Shown: positions 40,089 through 53,645 of the stretch, in pieces
Numbering within the stretch: position 1 is the first letter of the stretch
Layout: every line of letters starts with the position of its first letter
Origin: Azolla caroliniana
Lineage: Eukaryota; Plantae; Polypodiophyta
Direction: 5' to 3'
Assembly (NCBI GenBank): GCA_043228905.1
Contig: JBHGNT010000020.1
Location: 15,562,001-15,626,000, forward strand
Length of the DNA: 64,000 nt
Made by a program: the position numbers and the translations under genes
Notes under the pieces: generated by a model
What the model was told of the DNA's origin: nothing
What the model saw: only the letters and a program-made list of their open reading frames with translations
Database searches by the model: none

Positions 40089-42215
40089 ATGAAAGGGTCG
40101 GATCTTGCAGAGGCCATGGCTTCGGCCGTGGATCGGATATTGAGTGCACGCGAGGGCACCGACGCCCTCGACAGAGCCATCGAGGCGGTCGTCGGTACGA
40201 TCGGCCGGTTCAGCGGAAAGGATGCCACGAAGTATTTGGCGTCCTACGGGGCAGAAATGCTGATGCGGGACATTCCGGAAGAGAGGCGTCTTGCCGGGTT
40301 TCCTCAAGTGGCGATGCCGAGCATCCATGCGGAGGTGCTCGAGGTGCGGGCGGAGAGCCGTACCTGGGAGGAGTTTGAAGGCCGACTCCTAGAAAAATAC
40401 GGGCTGGACGACGCACTCCGGCTTTCGAAACGAGACTTCATGGAATGGGTGGAGTCCCCTGGCAAGGGAGGAAACGCGTCCGCACTCCTCCGGGAGTTTG
40501 ACGAACGCTTTGCGCGCCTTTCGGCGCTTGACCGCACCGTTCTGGATACGAGCCGGGTCCTACTGTTCGTCAAGTCGGTGGACGAGCGGGACCGGGATCA
40601 AGTTGGCTCCTTGCTGGAAACCGAAGACGGGCTGACGACCGACTGGGCTGCGGTTAAGAGAGTCTGTTGCCGTTTCGACAAACGGCGAGAATGGGCTGAT
40701 GGCGGGGCAGCCGGTGTGGGCTCTGTCACAGCAAGGAGGCTTGAACCGGCGCCGCAAGGGCGAAGGGAAGAGGCCCGGGAGTGGCTCGAAACCGGTTCGG
40801 CTTCGACCGGCATGGTCAATGGCTCATCCGGAGGAGCAGCGCTGGAGGAGTTGACGCGAGCGATAAAGGATCTCCAGATCGCCCAGACTCGAAGGGAAGG
40901 CGGCGAACCGGCTCGTGACCGACGGCCGGTAGTAGGGAACAGGTGCATGTGGTACGACGAGGTCGGCCACCTCCAGAAGGATTGCGGCGATTTCGCAGAA
41001 GCGTTGAGGAACCGGGTGGTGTACCTGTGGGAAGGCCGGGTGCACGCCGGCGACACCAGAAGGGCCCTAAACCGAAACGACGGGCGAGGAGGTATGAAGA
41101 GACTGATGGAAGAGGCAGCGGCCCGACACGTGGAGGCCATCCACTACTCGGCGTCGGCCGGTATTCGGGTCGGGGGCAGCGAGGCCCGAAAGGAGAGCAA
41201 GGACGGGTTCTGGTCGGCAATGCTGGAAGGCCTTGCCGGCGCATGGCTAATGAAAGATGAAACGGACCGCGCTGAGAGACGGGTCCGGGAAATAACCGGG
41301 TGGAGTGATCCGGTAGAGGAGAAGACGGGCTTCGTAGAAGCCGTCTGCTGGAACTACGAGGCTCTGGTAGAAGACAAACGAGTGGGGAAAGCCGGAGCGG
41401 CCGGGCCCTCACAACGGTACGAGACCCGATTCGGGCAACGACGGAACGATGCTGGTGGGTCCAGCGTGCAAGATAACCCCAGGAAGGGCGGATACCGACT
41501 GGGGACGGAAATAGAAAGGACTACGGACCTACGAAAGGTCCTAGAAGAACGGATCCTCGACAGCAAAGTGGAGTTGTCATTGCGAGAGGTGCTAGGGATC
41601 GCAAAGAAGGAGTTCCACTACTCCATTGTGGACCTGGTGAAACGGAAGAGGCTGTCGACGGAGACGGAACCGGAAAGACCGGTGGAGGTGCGGACGACGC
41701 ACATCGACGACATAGCGCTGGAAGATGAGTGGGCGGAGAGCCACTATTCAAGGCCGCACTGGGCCCGAGCGACCACGGAGACCCCGGTAAAGATCGGAGA
41801 GGTTCAGGAACCGGTGGTGGCATTGGTGGACCACGGTTCGGAAATAAACCTGATGTCCATGGACTTCTATAAGAAGGGAAAGTGGCCGATCAACACCAAG
41901 CACGGGTGGAAGATACGGGCGGCGACGCGCGCCACCGAGGAACTGCACGGGGCCTGCCCGAACGTGCGAGTCAAGATCGGCGACGTCGAGATTGACCAGC
42001 ACTTCTTCCTACAGGAGACGTCTTCGCACCCGGTCATATTAGGGGAACCATACATCACGGTGGCGCGAATGGAGACCAAGGTGCTGGACAACGGTTCGGC
42101 CTACGCGAGGGTCAAAAGCCAGGACGGGCGCCATTCGGTTCAATTTCTGACGGTGCGGCCGAACCACGAGAGAAACCGCGAATCCCTCGGTGGTGAGAAC
42201 CGGGAGGATTTTTAG
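40089..42215 (+). CDS. Gag-protease of the inner gypsy
   Basis: First ATG after the PBS; degenerate knuckle CMWYDEVGHLQKDC (CMWCDVVGHIRKDC in the outer copy); protease LVDHGSEINLM. Confidence 0.85.
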   Translation: MKGSDLAEAMASAVDRILSAREGTDALDRAIEAVVGTIGRFSGKDATKYLASYGAEMLMRDIPEERRLAGFPQVAMPSIHAEVLEVRAESRTWEEFEGRLLEKYGLDDALRLSKRDFMEWVESPGKGGNASALLREFDERFARLSALDRTVLDTSRVLLFVKSVDERDRDQVGSLLETEDGLTTDWAAVKRVCCRFDKRREWADGGAAGVGSVTARRLEPAPQGRREEAREWLETGSASTGMVNGSSGGAALEELTRAIKDLQIAQTRREGGEPARDRRPVVGNRCMWYDEVGHLQKDCGDFAEALRNRVVYLWEGRVHAGDTRRALNRNDGRGGMKRLMEEAAARHVEAIHYSASAGIRVGGSEARKESKDGFWSAMLEGLAGAWLMKDETDRAERRVREITGWSDPVEEKTGFVEAVCWNYEALVEDKRVGKAGAAGPSQRYETRFGQRRNDAGGSSVQDNPRKGGYRLGTEIERTTDLRKVLEERILDSKVELSLREVLGIAKKEFHYSIVDLVKRKRLSTETEPERPVEVRTTHIDDIALEDEWAESHYSRPHWARATTETPVKIGEVQEPVVALVDHGSEINLMSMDFYKKGKWPINTKHGWKIRAATRATEELHGACPNVRVKIGDVEIDQHFFLQETSSHPVILGEPYITVARMETKVLDNGSAYARVKSQDGRHSVQFLTVRPNHERNRESLGGENREDF

Positions 42216-45200
42216 AGAGGACTGCCAAGGCGTGGGGCCGAGACAGCCGGGACACTCGGGAAAGACCCCACGACTGTACGATAGGACCGAAAGCCAAGGA
42301 ACCTTGTACGATAGGTAGGAAATTCTGCTTCTCCAACAACGGAGGGTGTATGATAGTCGGCATCGTCGGCCGAGAAAAGACAAGGACGGAAGTGCGACTT
42401 CGAGCGTGCGGAGTTCTCGGCCCGGACGAGGAAATCAGCGGAGCCGTGGAGGCGGTCTCCTTCGACGACACTTTGGGAATGCTGGGGGAGGTAGCCGGAG
42501 AAGACCTTAACGAAGACCGGACGATACCGGTATGTTCCGAAGAGATGTACAAAGTCATCACGAACTTCAGTCGGGGGCTCGGGTCGGATCGGGCGGCCCA
42601 AGTTAGCACGAAGTACAAGGCTGTGGACCGGAAGGTAAGGCCCGTCGCGGCACCCTTACCGGAGGGCAGCGAATCCCGAATCAGAGGGGTTGCGTCGGAC
42701 CCCAGTTTACGAGATCCGGCCTGCATAGGACACACCTTCACCGACGGGATGCTCCGGGAGCTCAAGGTCGGTGGGGGCGGGTTCCTACTGCCGGCGGAGG
42801 AAGACCGGTTTCGGAGAATGCTCGGAAGGCACGGGAAAGCCTTCGCATTTTCGCCGGAAGAGATCGGGTGCGTGGACCCGACGATTGTGGAGCCGATGGT
42901 GATATTCACGGTACCACATGTGTCGTGGAATCTCAAGCCGATTCCAGTACCGAGAGCTCACATCCCGGAGTTGATGGAGCTATTGAGGCAAAAGGTCGAT
43001 ATGGGCATTCTCGAACCGTCGAGTGCCCCATACTCGAACCGATGGTTTACCGTACCAAAGAAAAACGGGACATTGCGCTTCATTCAGGACCTGCAACCGA
43101 TCGACAGAGTGACCATTCGGAACGCAGGAATCGGACCGACCATAGACGAGTTCGCAGAGGCCTTCGCCGGAAGGTCGATTTACTCGGTCGGTGATCTGTA
43201 CTCGGGGTACGACCAGTTCCAGCTAGCCGTGGAGAGCAGAGACATTACGACGATGCAAACTCCCCTCGGCCTGGTGCGAATGTGTACCCTGCCACAAGGA
43301 GGGACCAACTCGGTGGCCCACATGGTGAATGCAATGAACAAGGTACTGAGGGATTGCATCCCGGACATCACCATGCCGTTTCTAGACGACATCCCGATCA
43401 AGGGGTGCCCGGTGGAAGAGAAGGACGAGACAGTCGGGCCGGACGGATGCCGGCGATTCGTGGCGACACACATCGACGACTGCGAGAAGGTGCTACAAAG
43501 GCTAGAGGATGCGAGGCTCACCTTCTCCGGGGAGAAATCGGCCTTCGGGCAACCGGAAATCCTGGTGGTCGGACACCTATGTGGACCATATGGCCGGAAG
43601 CCGTCTCCGGCAAAGGTAGAAGCCATCTCCGCGATGAAGACCGACTGTAGCTCTGTTACAGAAGTTCGGAGGTTCCTGGGGGCATGCGCGTTCTACCACA
43701 TATGGATCCCGCATTACGCCCACGTTGCGGAGCCGCTATACGGGTTGCTGAAGAAAGGGCGAAAATTCGAGTGGCGAGACGAGCACACGGAGTCGGTCCG
43801 GAAGCTGAAGGAAGCTCTTGCGGCAACACCGGCGCTCCGGAAGGCTGTCTACGAGAAGGGTACCCCGGTATACATAACGGTGGATACGAGTCCGACCGGG
43901 ATCGGATGGGTCGTCAACCAAGAAGACGAGGACGGCATTTGGTTCCCGATCCGATTCGGCGCGAAGGTCCTCAGCGAGCGACAGCGAGGGTACGCCCAGG
44001 TTAAACGCAAACTCTGGGGTATCGTTTCGGCAGTAAAGGCCGACAAAGACTACTTGATCGGGACAGAAGTGATTATCGAGACGGATTGCCTGCCAATTCT
44101 CGGCATGGTTTCCGGATGCGCGACACCGGACCTGGCGATGCTCAGGTGGATAGTGTACATCAAGTCCCTGGACCCGGAAATACGGCACATTTCCGGAAAG
44201 GACAACGCCATGGCCGACATGCTTTCGAGGGCGAGGTTTGATGACGAGGGCGGCATGGTTTCGGAGGACGAAGAAGTCGGTGTGGACTTCTTCGAGGCAG
44301 CGTACGTGACGACCGATGGGACGAGCGCTCCGGCACTTAACGACTTCGACGAGAGCAAGTACGACGGCGAGTGGCTCCAGATCGGTGGATTTTTGAGGAC
44401 GATGACGTCGGATGCATCGTGGACGAAGGACGAGGCCAACCGGATCCGGAAGAAAGCTTACCGATTCTTTCTCCGGGACGGATACTTATGGAAGCACCCG
44501 AAGAAGAGGAACGGCGTCCCGCTCCGGGTGGTGGCGATGAAGGAAGAATAGGAGGAGCTGCTGACGGCCTACCACGATAGCCCTTGGGCTGGACACCGTG
44601 GAACGTGGGCCACGTTCGAGAAGATAAAGGGGAAGTACTGGTGGCCGGGACTGTACCGGGACGTGCATCGGTTAGTGACGACTTGCGAGAGTTGTCAGAT
44701 GCACTCCATAGTCCGCCATCGGGATGAGCTGCACCCTACGTACCCTCCGACCATCCACTTCAAATGGATGGTAGATCTGGTGACGATGCCGATGGGAGTA
44801 GGACAAATGCGGTATCTTGTCCTGGCTCGGGAAGATCTGACGAACCAGGTGGAAGGCCGAGCCCTCCAGAACAAAACGACCGCGGCCGTATGTCGGTTCC
44901 TGATCGAGGACGTGATATGCCGGTACGGGTGCGTCGGGAAGATCGTGGCTGATCGCGGGGAGTTGGACGCCAAAGAGGCCGAGGAGCTGTTCAACCGGCT
45001 AGGAGTCAAGCTCTCGCTTACCACTGCGTACAATCCGGAGGCGAATGGGAAGGTGGAGCACGGACACGGACCGATCGTCAAGGGGTTAGTTCGGGCATGC
45101 GGAGGTCAAGTCGGGAGCTGGCCGCGGCTGTTGCCTTACGCGTTATGGGCTGACCGAACTACGCACAGTTCGGTAACCGGATTCATGCCGGCAGAGCTCA

Positions 45201-45709
45201 TGTTTGGGCAGAAGCCGGTCATGCCAATGGAACGTATGATCTCCTCATGGGCAACCGTGGACTGGAGAGACGAGATGAGCCGGGAGGAACTGTTGACGGC
45301 GCGCATACGGCAGCTCGAGCGAAGACCGGAGGACGTAGAGCGAGCTACGGAAAAGCTTCGGGTGGCAAGGATGAGGAACAAAGCCCGGTTTGACCAAACG
45401 CACCGGCTCCGACCGAAGAAGATCGAGGAAGGCGACTGGGTGCTAGTCTACGACAGCAGCCTCGACAACCAGCACCGAGCAACACGGAAGTTCGCAAGAA
45501 GGTGGTTCGGGCCTTACGTGGTACAAAGCGCCAACGACAACGCGACGTACCATCTGGCGGAGCTCGACGGCACGAGAATGGCGATACCGGTAGCTGGGAA
45601 ACGGATCAAAGCGTTCAAGAAGCGTCACGACGACGAGCCGGATCCGGATAACCTGGACTGGGACGACGAACGATCCGAAACCGAAGAAGAACCGACGAGC
45701 GGGGAATAA
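42206..45709 (+). pseudogene. Pol (RT-RNase H-integrase) in the -1 frame, with one premature TAG at 44549
   Basis: PFLDDIP, DTSPTGIG, ETDCL, GHRG...CESC, ADRGE, NPEANGKVE; frame open from GGATTTT at 42206. Confidence 0.9.
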
Positions 45710-48700
45710 AGGCTGGACCGGTTTTCTCCGTCCCAACTCAATTTGGCGCATGCCGGTGGATGCGCGGTTAGGTGGGGGTGGATGTCGTGAAGAAAACCGT
45801 CCACAAGCGGAATCGGTGCACCAGAGCGTAGGAACCGGCTCTTCATACACGTGCGCCTTATGTTGTACATAGAAGATCCTCGGTAGGTAGGAAGTTAATA
45901 AGAAACGGCTCCTTCCTTGCCTATAAAAGGAGGGAGACAAGGAGGGGAGAGGGATCGCGAAGGAAGGGAGGACGAAGTGTTGTCGGATTGTGGGCCGAAG
46001 GCTTCTCTCTCTTCCAAACTCCATAGCTTCTTTCTGTGCAGGTTTCGGGAGGCTCGCGCTACTCTGAGGAATGCCCGAGTGCTTCCGGCGGCACCTCCAA
46101 CCTACTTCTTCCTTTCTGTACGTTTACGAACAGGCGTCGGCATCTGTTCGCCGGCCTGTTCGGTTGTCACCAACTTCGTGCTTGTTGTTTGTCTTGTTTA
46201 TATATATTTCTACATACATTCGTGTCTCTCTGTGTCGTTGTCGCACTCGCGTCTCTGTGTCGAAGGGCCATGCCCCTGTGAATCTACTCTCGCACCTTGT
46301 GGGTCTTTTCCCCTCTCCTTTTCTCTCTTGCTCTTCGGTACAGGACCCCCGAGGTCCCGCCTCATTCCACGCATCCGCGAGGGATACCTCGACACCGTCT
46401 CGATAATCACCTCTGTCCCGATCAGATAGTCTTTATCGGCCTTTACCGCCGAAACGATACCCCAGAGCTCGCGTTTAACCTAGGCGTATCCTCGCTGCCG
46501 CTCGCTGAGGACCTTCGCGCTGAACCGGATTGGGAACCGAATACCGTCCTCATCTTCTTGGTTGACGACCCATCCGATCCCGGTCGGGCTTGTATCTACC
46601 ATTATGTAGATGGGGGTGCCCTTCTCGTAGACAGCCTTCCGGAGCGCCGGAGCTGCAGCAAGAGCCTCCTTCATTTTTCGGACCGACTTCGTATGCTCGA
46701 CTCGCCACTCAAATTTTCGCCCCTTCTTCAGCAACCCGTATAGCGGCTTAGCAACGTGGGCGTAATGCGGGATCCATATGTGGTAGACGCGCATGCTCCC
46801 AAGAACCTGCGCACCTCCGTGACCGAGTTACAATCGGGCTTCATTGCAGAGATGGCTTCCACCTTAGCCGGAGACGGTTTCCGGCCATACGGTCCGCATA
46901 GATGTCCGACAACCATGATCTCTGGTTGCCCGAAGGCCGATTTCTCCCCGGAGAAGGTGAGCCTCACGTCCTCTAGCCTCTGCAGCACCCTCTCGCAGTC
47001 GTCAATGTGTGTCGCCACGAATCTACGGCATCCGTCCGGTCTGATCGTTTCGTCCTTTTCCTCCACCGGACATCCCTTGATCGGGATGTCATCCAAGAAT
47101 GGCATGGTGATGTCCGGGATACAGTCCCTCAGCACTCGACGGTTCGAGGATGCCCATATCGACTTTCTGCCTCAATAGCTCCATCAGCTCCGGGATGTGA
47201 GCTCTCGGTACCGAAATTGGCTTGAGATTCCACGGCACATGCGGTACCGTGAATATCACCATCGGCTTCATGACTGTTGGGTCTACGCACCCGATCTCCC
47301 CCGGCGAGAATGCGAAGGCTTTCCCGTGCCTTCCGAGCATTCTCCGAAACCGGTCTTCTTCCGCCGGCAGTAGGAACCCGCCCCCACCGATTTTGAGGTC
47401 CCGTAGCGTTCTGTCGGTGAAGGCGTGCCCTATGCAGGCTGGATCTCGTAAACTGGGGTCCGACGCGACCCCCTTGATTCGCAACTCGCTGCCCTCCGGT
47501 AAGGGTGCCGCGACTGGCCTTACCTTCCGGTCCACAGTCTTGTACTTCGTGTTAACCCGGGCCGCCCGATCCGACTCGAGCCCTCGACTGAAGTCCGCGA
47601 TGACTTCGTACATCTCTTCCGAACAAACCGGTATCGTCCGGTCCTCCTTAAGGCCTTCTCTGACCACCTCTCGCAGTATTCCCAAGGTATCATCGAAGGA
47701 GACCGCCTCCACGGCTCCGTTGATTTCCTCGCTGGGCCCGAGAACTCCGCATGCCCAAAGTCGCTCTTCCGCCCTTGTCTTTTCTCGGCCTACGACGCCG
47801 ACTATCGTACACCCTCCGTTGTTGGAGAAACAAAACTTCCTACTTATGGCACAAGGTTTCTTCGGTTTCGCCTCTATCGTACATTTGTGGGGTTTTCCCG
47901 GAGTGTCCGGACTGTCGCGGCCCCACGCCTTGACAACCCTCTCTAAAAATCCTCTCGGTTCTCGCCACCGAGGGACTCGCGGTTTCGCTCGTGGTTCGGT
48001 CTCACCGTCAGGAACTGGACCGAGTGACGCCCATCCTGACTCTTGACCCTCGCACCTTGGTCTCCATTCGCGCTGCCCTAATGTACGGTTCTCCCAGTAT
48101 GACCGGGTGCGAGGACGTCTCCTGCACAAAGAAGTGTTGGTCTATCTCGACGTCGCCGATCTTGACTCGCATGTTTGGGCAGGCCCCGTGTAGTTCCTCG
48201 GTGGCGCGCGTCGCCGCCCGTATCTTCCACCCATGCTTGGTGTTGATCGGCCATTTCCCCTTCTTGTAGAAGTCCATGGACATCAGGTTTATTTCCGAAC
48301 CGTGGTCCACCAGCGCCACCACCGGTTCCTGAACATCTCCGATCTTCACCGGGGTTTCCGTGGTCGCTCGGGCCTAGTGTGGCCTCGAATAGTGCCTCTC
48401 CGCCCACTCGTCTTCCAGCGCCATGTCCTCTATCTGCGTCGTCCGCACCTCCACCGGCCTTTCCGGTTCTGCCTCCGTCGACAGCCTCTTCCTCTTCACC
48501 AAGTCTACGATGGAGTCGTGGAACTCCTTCTTGGCGATTCCGAGCACCTCCCGCAACGACAGTTCCACTTTGCTATCGAGGATTCGTTCTTCCAGGACCT
48601 TTCGTAGGTCCGTGGTCCTTTTGATCTCCGTGCCCAAACGGTATCCGCCCTTCTTGTGGTTATCCCGGGCACTGGACTCACCGGCCTCGTTCCGTTTCGG

Positions 48701-51453
48701 CCCGAATCGGGTTTCATATCTCTGTGAGGGTTCGGCCCCTCCGATTTTACCTACCCGTTTGTCTTCAACCAAAGCCTCGTAGTTCTGGCAAGCTGCTTAG
48801 ATGAAACCCGTCTTTTTTTCGACCGGGTCACTCCACCTGGTTACCTCCTGAACCCGCTTCTCCGCGCGGTCCGCCTCGTCTCTCTTTAGTCGGGCACCGG
48901 CGAGGCCTTCCAGCACCGTTGGCCAGAACCCGGCTTTGCTCTCCTTCCGGGCCTCGCTGCCTCTGACCCGAATATCGGCTGACGCTGAGTAGTGGACGGT
49001 CTCTGCGTGCCGGGCTGCCGCTTCTTCCATCAGCCTTTTCATTCCTCCTCGCCCGTCGTTTCGGTTCAGGGCCCTCCGGGTATCGCTGGCGTGCACTCGA
49101 CCTTCCCACAGGTACACTACCCGGCTTCTCAAAGCCTCCATAAAGTCCCCGCAGTCTTTCCGGATGTGGCCGACCACGTCGCACCACATGCACCTACTTC
49201 TTGCCGGAGGCCGTCGGTCACGAACCTGTTTGCCGCTTTCCCTCCGAGCCTGGGTGATCTGGAGATCCTTTACCACTCGTGTCAACTCCTCCAGAGCAGT
49301 TCCCCCGGACGAGCCTCTGATCACACCGGTCGAAGACGAACCGGTTTCGAGCCACTCCCGGGTCTCTTCCCTTCGCGCTTGCGGTATCAGTTCGAGCTTC
49401 CTTGCTGCGACAGGTCCCGCCCCGGTCGCCTCTGTATCAGCCCACTCCCACCGTTTGTCAAAACGGCCGCAGACTCTCTTTACCGCGGCCCAGTCGGCCG
49501 TCAGCCCGTCTTCGGTTTCCAGTAAGGAGCCAACTTGCCCCCGATCCCGTGCGTCAACCGATTTGACAAACAGTAGGACACGACTTGTGTCCAGAACGGT
49601 CTGATCGAGCGCCGAAAGGTGCGCAAAGCGTTCCTCAAACTCCCGGAGGAGTACCGACGCATTTCTTCCTTTGTTGGGGGACTCCACCCACTCCATGAAG
49701 CCCCGCTTCGAAAGTCGAAGCGCATCATCCAGCCCGTATTTCTCTAGGAGCCGTCCTTCGAACTCCTCCCAGGTCCGGCTCTCCGCCCGGACCTCGAGCA
49801 CCTCCGCATGGATGCCCGACATCGCCACTCGAGGGAATCCGGCAAGACGCCTCTCCTCCGGAATATCCCTCATCAACATCTCCGCCCGGTAGGACGCCAA
49901 ATAACTTGTGGCATCCTTTCCACTGAACCGGCCGATCGTACCGACGATCGCCTCAATAGCCCTGTCAAGGGCGCCGGTGCCCTCGCGCGCGCTCACTATC
50001 CGGTCCACAGCCGAAGCCATGGCCTCTGCAAGATCCGACCCCCTCATCTTCTGCTCCTCTGCCGCCAGTTTCACGTCGGGTTCACCAAATATGTCGCGTT
50101 GCTACGCGCGTGCGTGGAGAAAACGAGGCGGGACCACCGGGGTCTTGAACCGAAGAGCAGGTGATAGGAGGGGAAAGAGTAAGAGAGAGAGACGACCGGT
50201 TATGTATGAGCAAAGAAACACAGGGACACAGCCCATCAACGCAGAGAACGCGAATGGACACAGAGACAGAGAGACACGAAAGTTTGTATATTAACGAATA
50301 ACAAATACACAACAGAGCGTGCGAGCGGTTACAACCGACCAGGCCGGTGAACAGATGTCGATGCCTGTTCATCTGCGCACGAAAAGGGATAGGATGGAGG
50401 TGCTGTCGGAAGCACACGGGCGTTCCTCGAAGCAGCGCGAGCCTCCCGAAAACCTGCAGAGAAGAGCGATAGAGAACAAACAGAGGAGAAGCGTTCGGTT
50501 ACGGTCCGACAGCACTTCGTCCTCCTCAACGCGCGATGCCTTCTTTCTACGTCTCCCTCTCCTTTATAACATCAAGAAGGGAGCGGTCTCCCTCATTTAC
50601 GTCCTACCTACCAAATCTAACTACCCAGGATATACCTACGTACTTAATCTCTATTATATACATTAAGGGCGCGCACGCGTGAAGAGCCGGTTCACGCGCG
50701 CTATGCACCGATTGCGCTAAGGGATGGTTTTCTTCACGACACAGTGCGATGTGACAATCACTTATTTGAGCGGCGTTCTGAGCGCCAACAAATGTTACAC
50801 TTCCGACCAACAAAAACATATGCTTCGGTGGTTGCAACTCCACCCCAAGTATCAAAGTCAAGTGTGATGGAAGGCCCTACTCCAATGGAAATCGAGACAA
50901 CATGACGTCAAGGACCATTATTGGATGCCGAAAAGCAACGACGGCGAGCAAATCGTTTATGCCTCTATTGTGGTGGTCCAGGGCATATTGTTGTGAATTG
51001 TCCACATAAACCACGACGACAAGTTAACCAAGTAAGTGCTCATGACAATCCCATCTCAATTTCTGCCCCGCCTTCTCGTAACCCAAGTAGGCCTAGTAGT
51101 CCCTATCATAAAAATACATTTGATGTCTTGAGCCAATTAGATGATGTGTTAAACGAGTAAGTCCGGCCAAAATCGGAGCCATTTGGTTGGACAACCCTAG
51201 GCATGTAACGTCCATCCCTAGTTGTGGTTCCATTTCATCCGGTCAAGTTAGTTGAGTTTTCTCTGCACAAGTTGAGCTTAACACATCTAGGTGCCATTGA
51301 GTCCCAGCTTCTGCCCTCTTAGACTCTGGAGCCAACTCTTGTTTCATGGATCGTGAGTTTGTTGTAATGCATAATATTCAGTTGCATAAGTGTTGTTGGG
51401 TGGGGGGTGAAGCCATTCTTGGCTTCACCCCCCTCCCAAGGGGGTTACGTTAG

Positions 51454-51485
<32 letters not shown>

Positions 51486-52821
51486 CAAGAGAGACAAATA
51501 GGAAATGACAGCAAAATGAGAGGGGAAACAAACTGTCTTCCATATGTGCCCCCATAAGGGGGTTTTATAGTACATACTATAACGGTAAATAATATGTCCG
51601 TTACAAAAAGAGACCATTACATTCTTGTCACATGCACATAATTGTGCATGTGCTCACACATACTCATCCTCACACTCATATACATTACACATACCAACCA
51701 ACCCCTTTAACGTGTTTTACCCTTATACCACCCCGTACAACTCCTACGGGTAACACATAGCACGCCTGTGGGACAGTGCATCGCACGGTGAACCCACTCA
51801 CCATGGCAACTATTAACGACCGGAACTCCATCGGTCGTCTCAACGGTCGGAAATCCATCGATCGGATCATAGCTCTATGATCGATAACTTCGATTGGAGC
51901 ATTGCTTGACTCAAACCTTCTCGTTTGGTCAGCATGTTGCTCAATTGGATCACACACCAATTGGCTCCTCCATTGCGGCATGGGCCTTTCATGATTCTGT
52001 TACATGTATGTGTATTTTTCGGTTTAGTCATGTGAATTGAGCTTTGTAATTTGTACCCTTGATCTCTAAAATTTTTACCTTCGAGTTTTTTTTTTGTCTT
52101 TTTTTGAAATTTTATTTTTGGCCCTTGAGTTTTCGAAATTCTGCATTCTGCCCTCCACTTTTTGAAATCTCACGTCATGCCCTTGAGCTTTTGAAATTTC
52201 ATCTAATACCCTTGAGATTTTGAAATTTCCTCTTCATACCCCCCTCTCTCTTTCTTCGTTTCCTTCTTTCTCCTTTTTTTTTTCTTTGTTTTCTTCTTGT
52301 GTGTTCTTCTCTTCCTCTGCTTCTTCTTCCTTTCTTTCTTTCTGTTTCATTTTCCTTCTCTCTGTGTTCGTCGTTGTCATCTTCTTCTTCTTCATTTCTT
52401 CTTTCATTTCTTCTTGTTTATCTTCTCTTGGCCTCCTCTGTCCTTCTATCCGGTGGCCATATCCACCTGCCAGCTCTATCCGCTGGCTGTTTGGCTCTCT
52501 CTGCCGGCTGTTGCGGTTCATAGGTTGTCTTTGTCTGTCGGTAGTGTCTGTCCGATGGCAACCGTTCGGCTGCGTCTCGTCCACGTGTTGGCCGTGCGCC
52601 TCGGCAACGCGTCTTGGCCGTACTCTCGGGCACGCGTCTCAGTAGCGCGATTTGGCCGCGCGCCTCAGCCGTATTCTGGGATGCGTATCTCGGCCATATT
52701 CTTGGCCTCGTGTCTCGGCTATGCTTTTCGCCGCCGTGTCTCGGCCATGGTCATTCTCGGTAGTTGCCATCTGTTCAGCCCGCTATGATTTATTGTTTTC
52801 TAGGTTATGTGGAGATGGCCC

Positions 52822-52864
<43 letters not shown>

Positions 52865-53645
52865 ACTGTATTTTCCTTCTGCCGGCCGTCTCAGCCATGG
52901 CCATCACTCGCTCGTCCGTCTCTGTCCGACTGGTCGTCGCCGTCCGTCTATCGGCGACCAGACTATCTGTTCAGCTGGTTGTCCCACCGTCTGCTGGACC
53001 ATCTGTCCAACTAGCCGTTGTTGTCCGCTCGTCTCAGCGTCGGCTATCTACTCGTGGTCGGACAAGCTGGTTGTCCGACAGGCTGTCGTCGCTCGCTGAT
53101 GGTTGCTCTTAGTCGGTCCTTTGTATTTGCCCCTCTGCTGGCTCTATTCCTTGGCCGACCGTGTCTGTCCGCGGGTCAACTGTCGGACGTCGGACGTCAC
53201 CGTTCGTTGGTGGCCGCTTGTCCGGTGGGCTCTGATCGTCTCCGATGCTTTGTCACACCTAATCCTTCATTTGTGGATTTCTATGTTTCCCACAAGGTTT
53301 TAAAGGTCCGTAATGAAAAGGCACACCACTAAATTGTACATAGAAGGCTATTATATGGATGGGATACTGAAATAAGACCATTTTGAGGACACAGGGAGAT
53401 CATCAGAGGGTATCAAAAGGAAATGTGGGGGAAGAGATAACATGGTGATGATGTTGAAGAAGAAGTGATGTAGAGGAACCCTAAAAAAGATTGTGCAGGG
53501 AGAGGGATAAAGAGGGCGTATGTGAGATGAAGAACAGAGAGCCGAAATAGATAAATAACATAGAGATGAAGAACAATGGAGGAACAGAGAGAGTAGAAAT
53601 AGATGCATTCAATCGCTCTTCAATACTAACTTTAGAATACTCCCA

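Larger units (their letters stand above)
39435..46394 (+). mobile_element. GC-rich Ty3/gypsy (inner copy), near-intact, nested in the RNase H of its relative
   Basis: LTRs 39435-40045 and 45783-46394 (about 16 substitutions plus one indel by eye); PBS-Trp 40049-40065; TSD CCGT at 39431-39434 and 46395-46398. Confidence 0.95.
37076..50741 (-). mobile_element. GC-rich Ty3/gypsy (outer copy), tRNA-Trp primed, internally deleted
   Basis: LTRs 37076-37729 and 50092-50741 (TG..CA); PBS TGGTGAACCCGACGTGA at 50071-50087; TSD CCGT/CAGT; deletions in RT (about 47135) and at the end of PR. Confidence 0.92.

Noticed and set aside
37700-50100. Many overlapping 60-270 aa ORFs on both strands
   Set aside because: Shadow ORFs of GC-rich gag/pol sequence
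52220-53332. Phe/Ser-rich and Lys/Glu-rich ORFs as env-like or host genes
   Set aside because: They derive from pyrimidine-rich low-complexity tracts and short GC-rich repeats, with no domain signal
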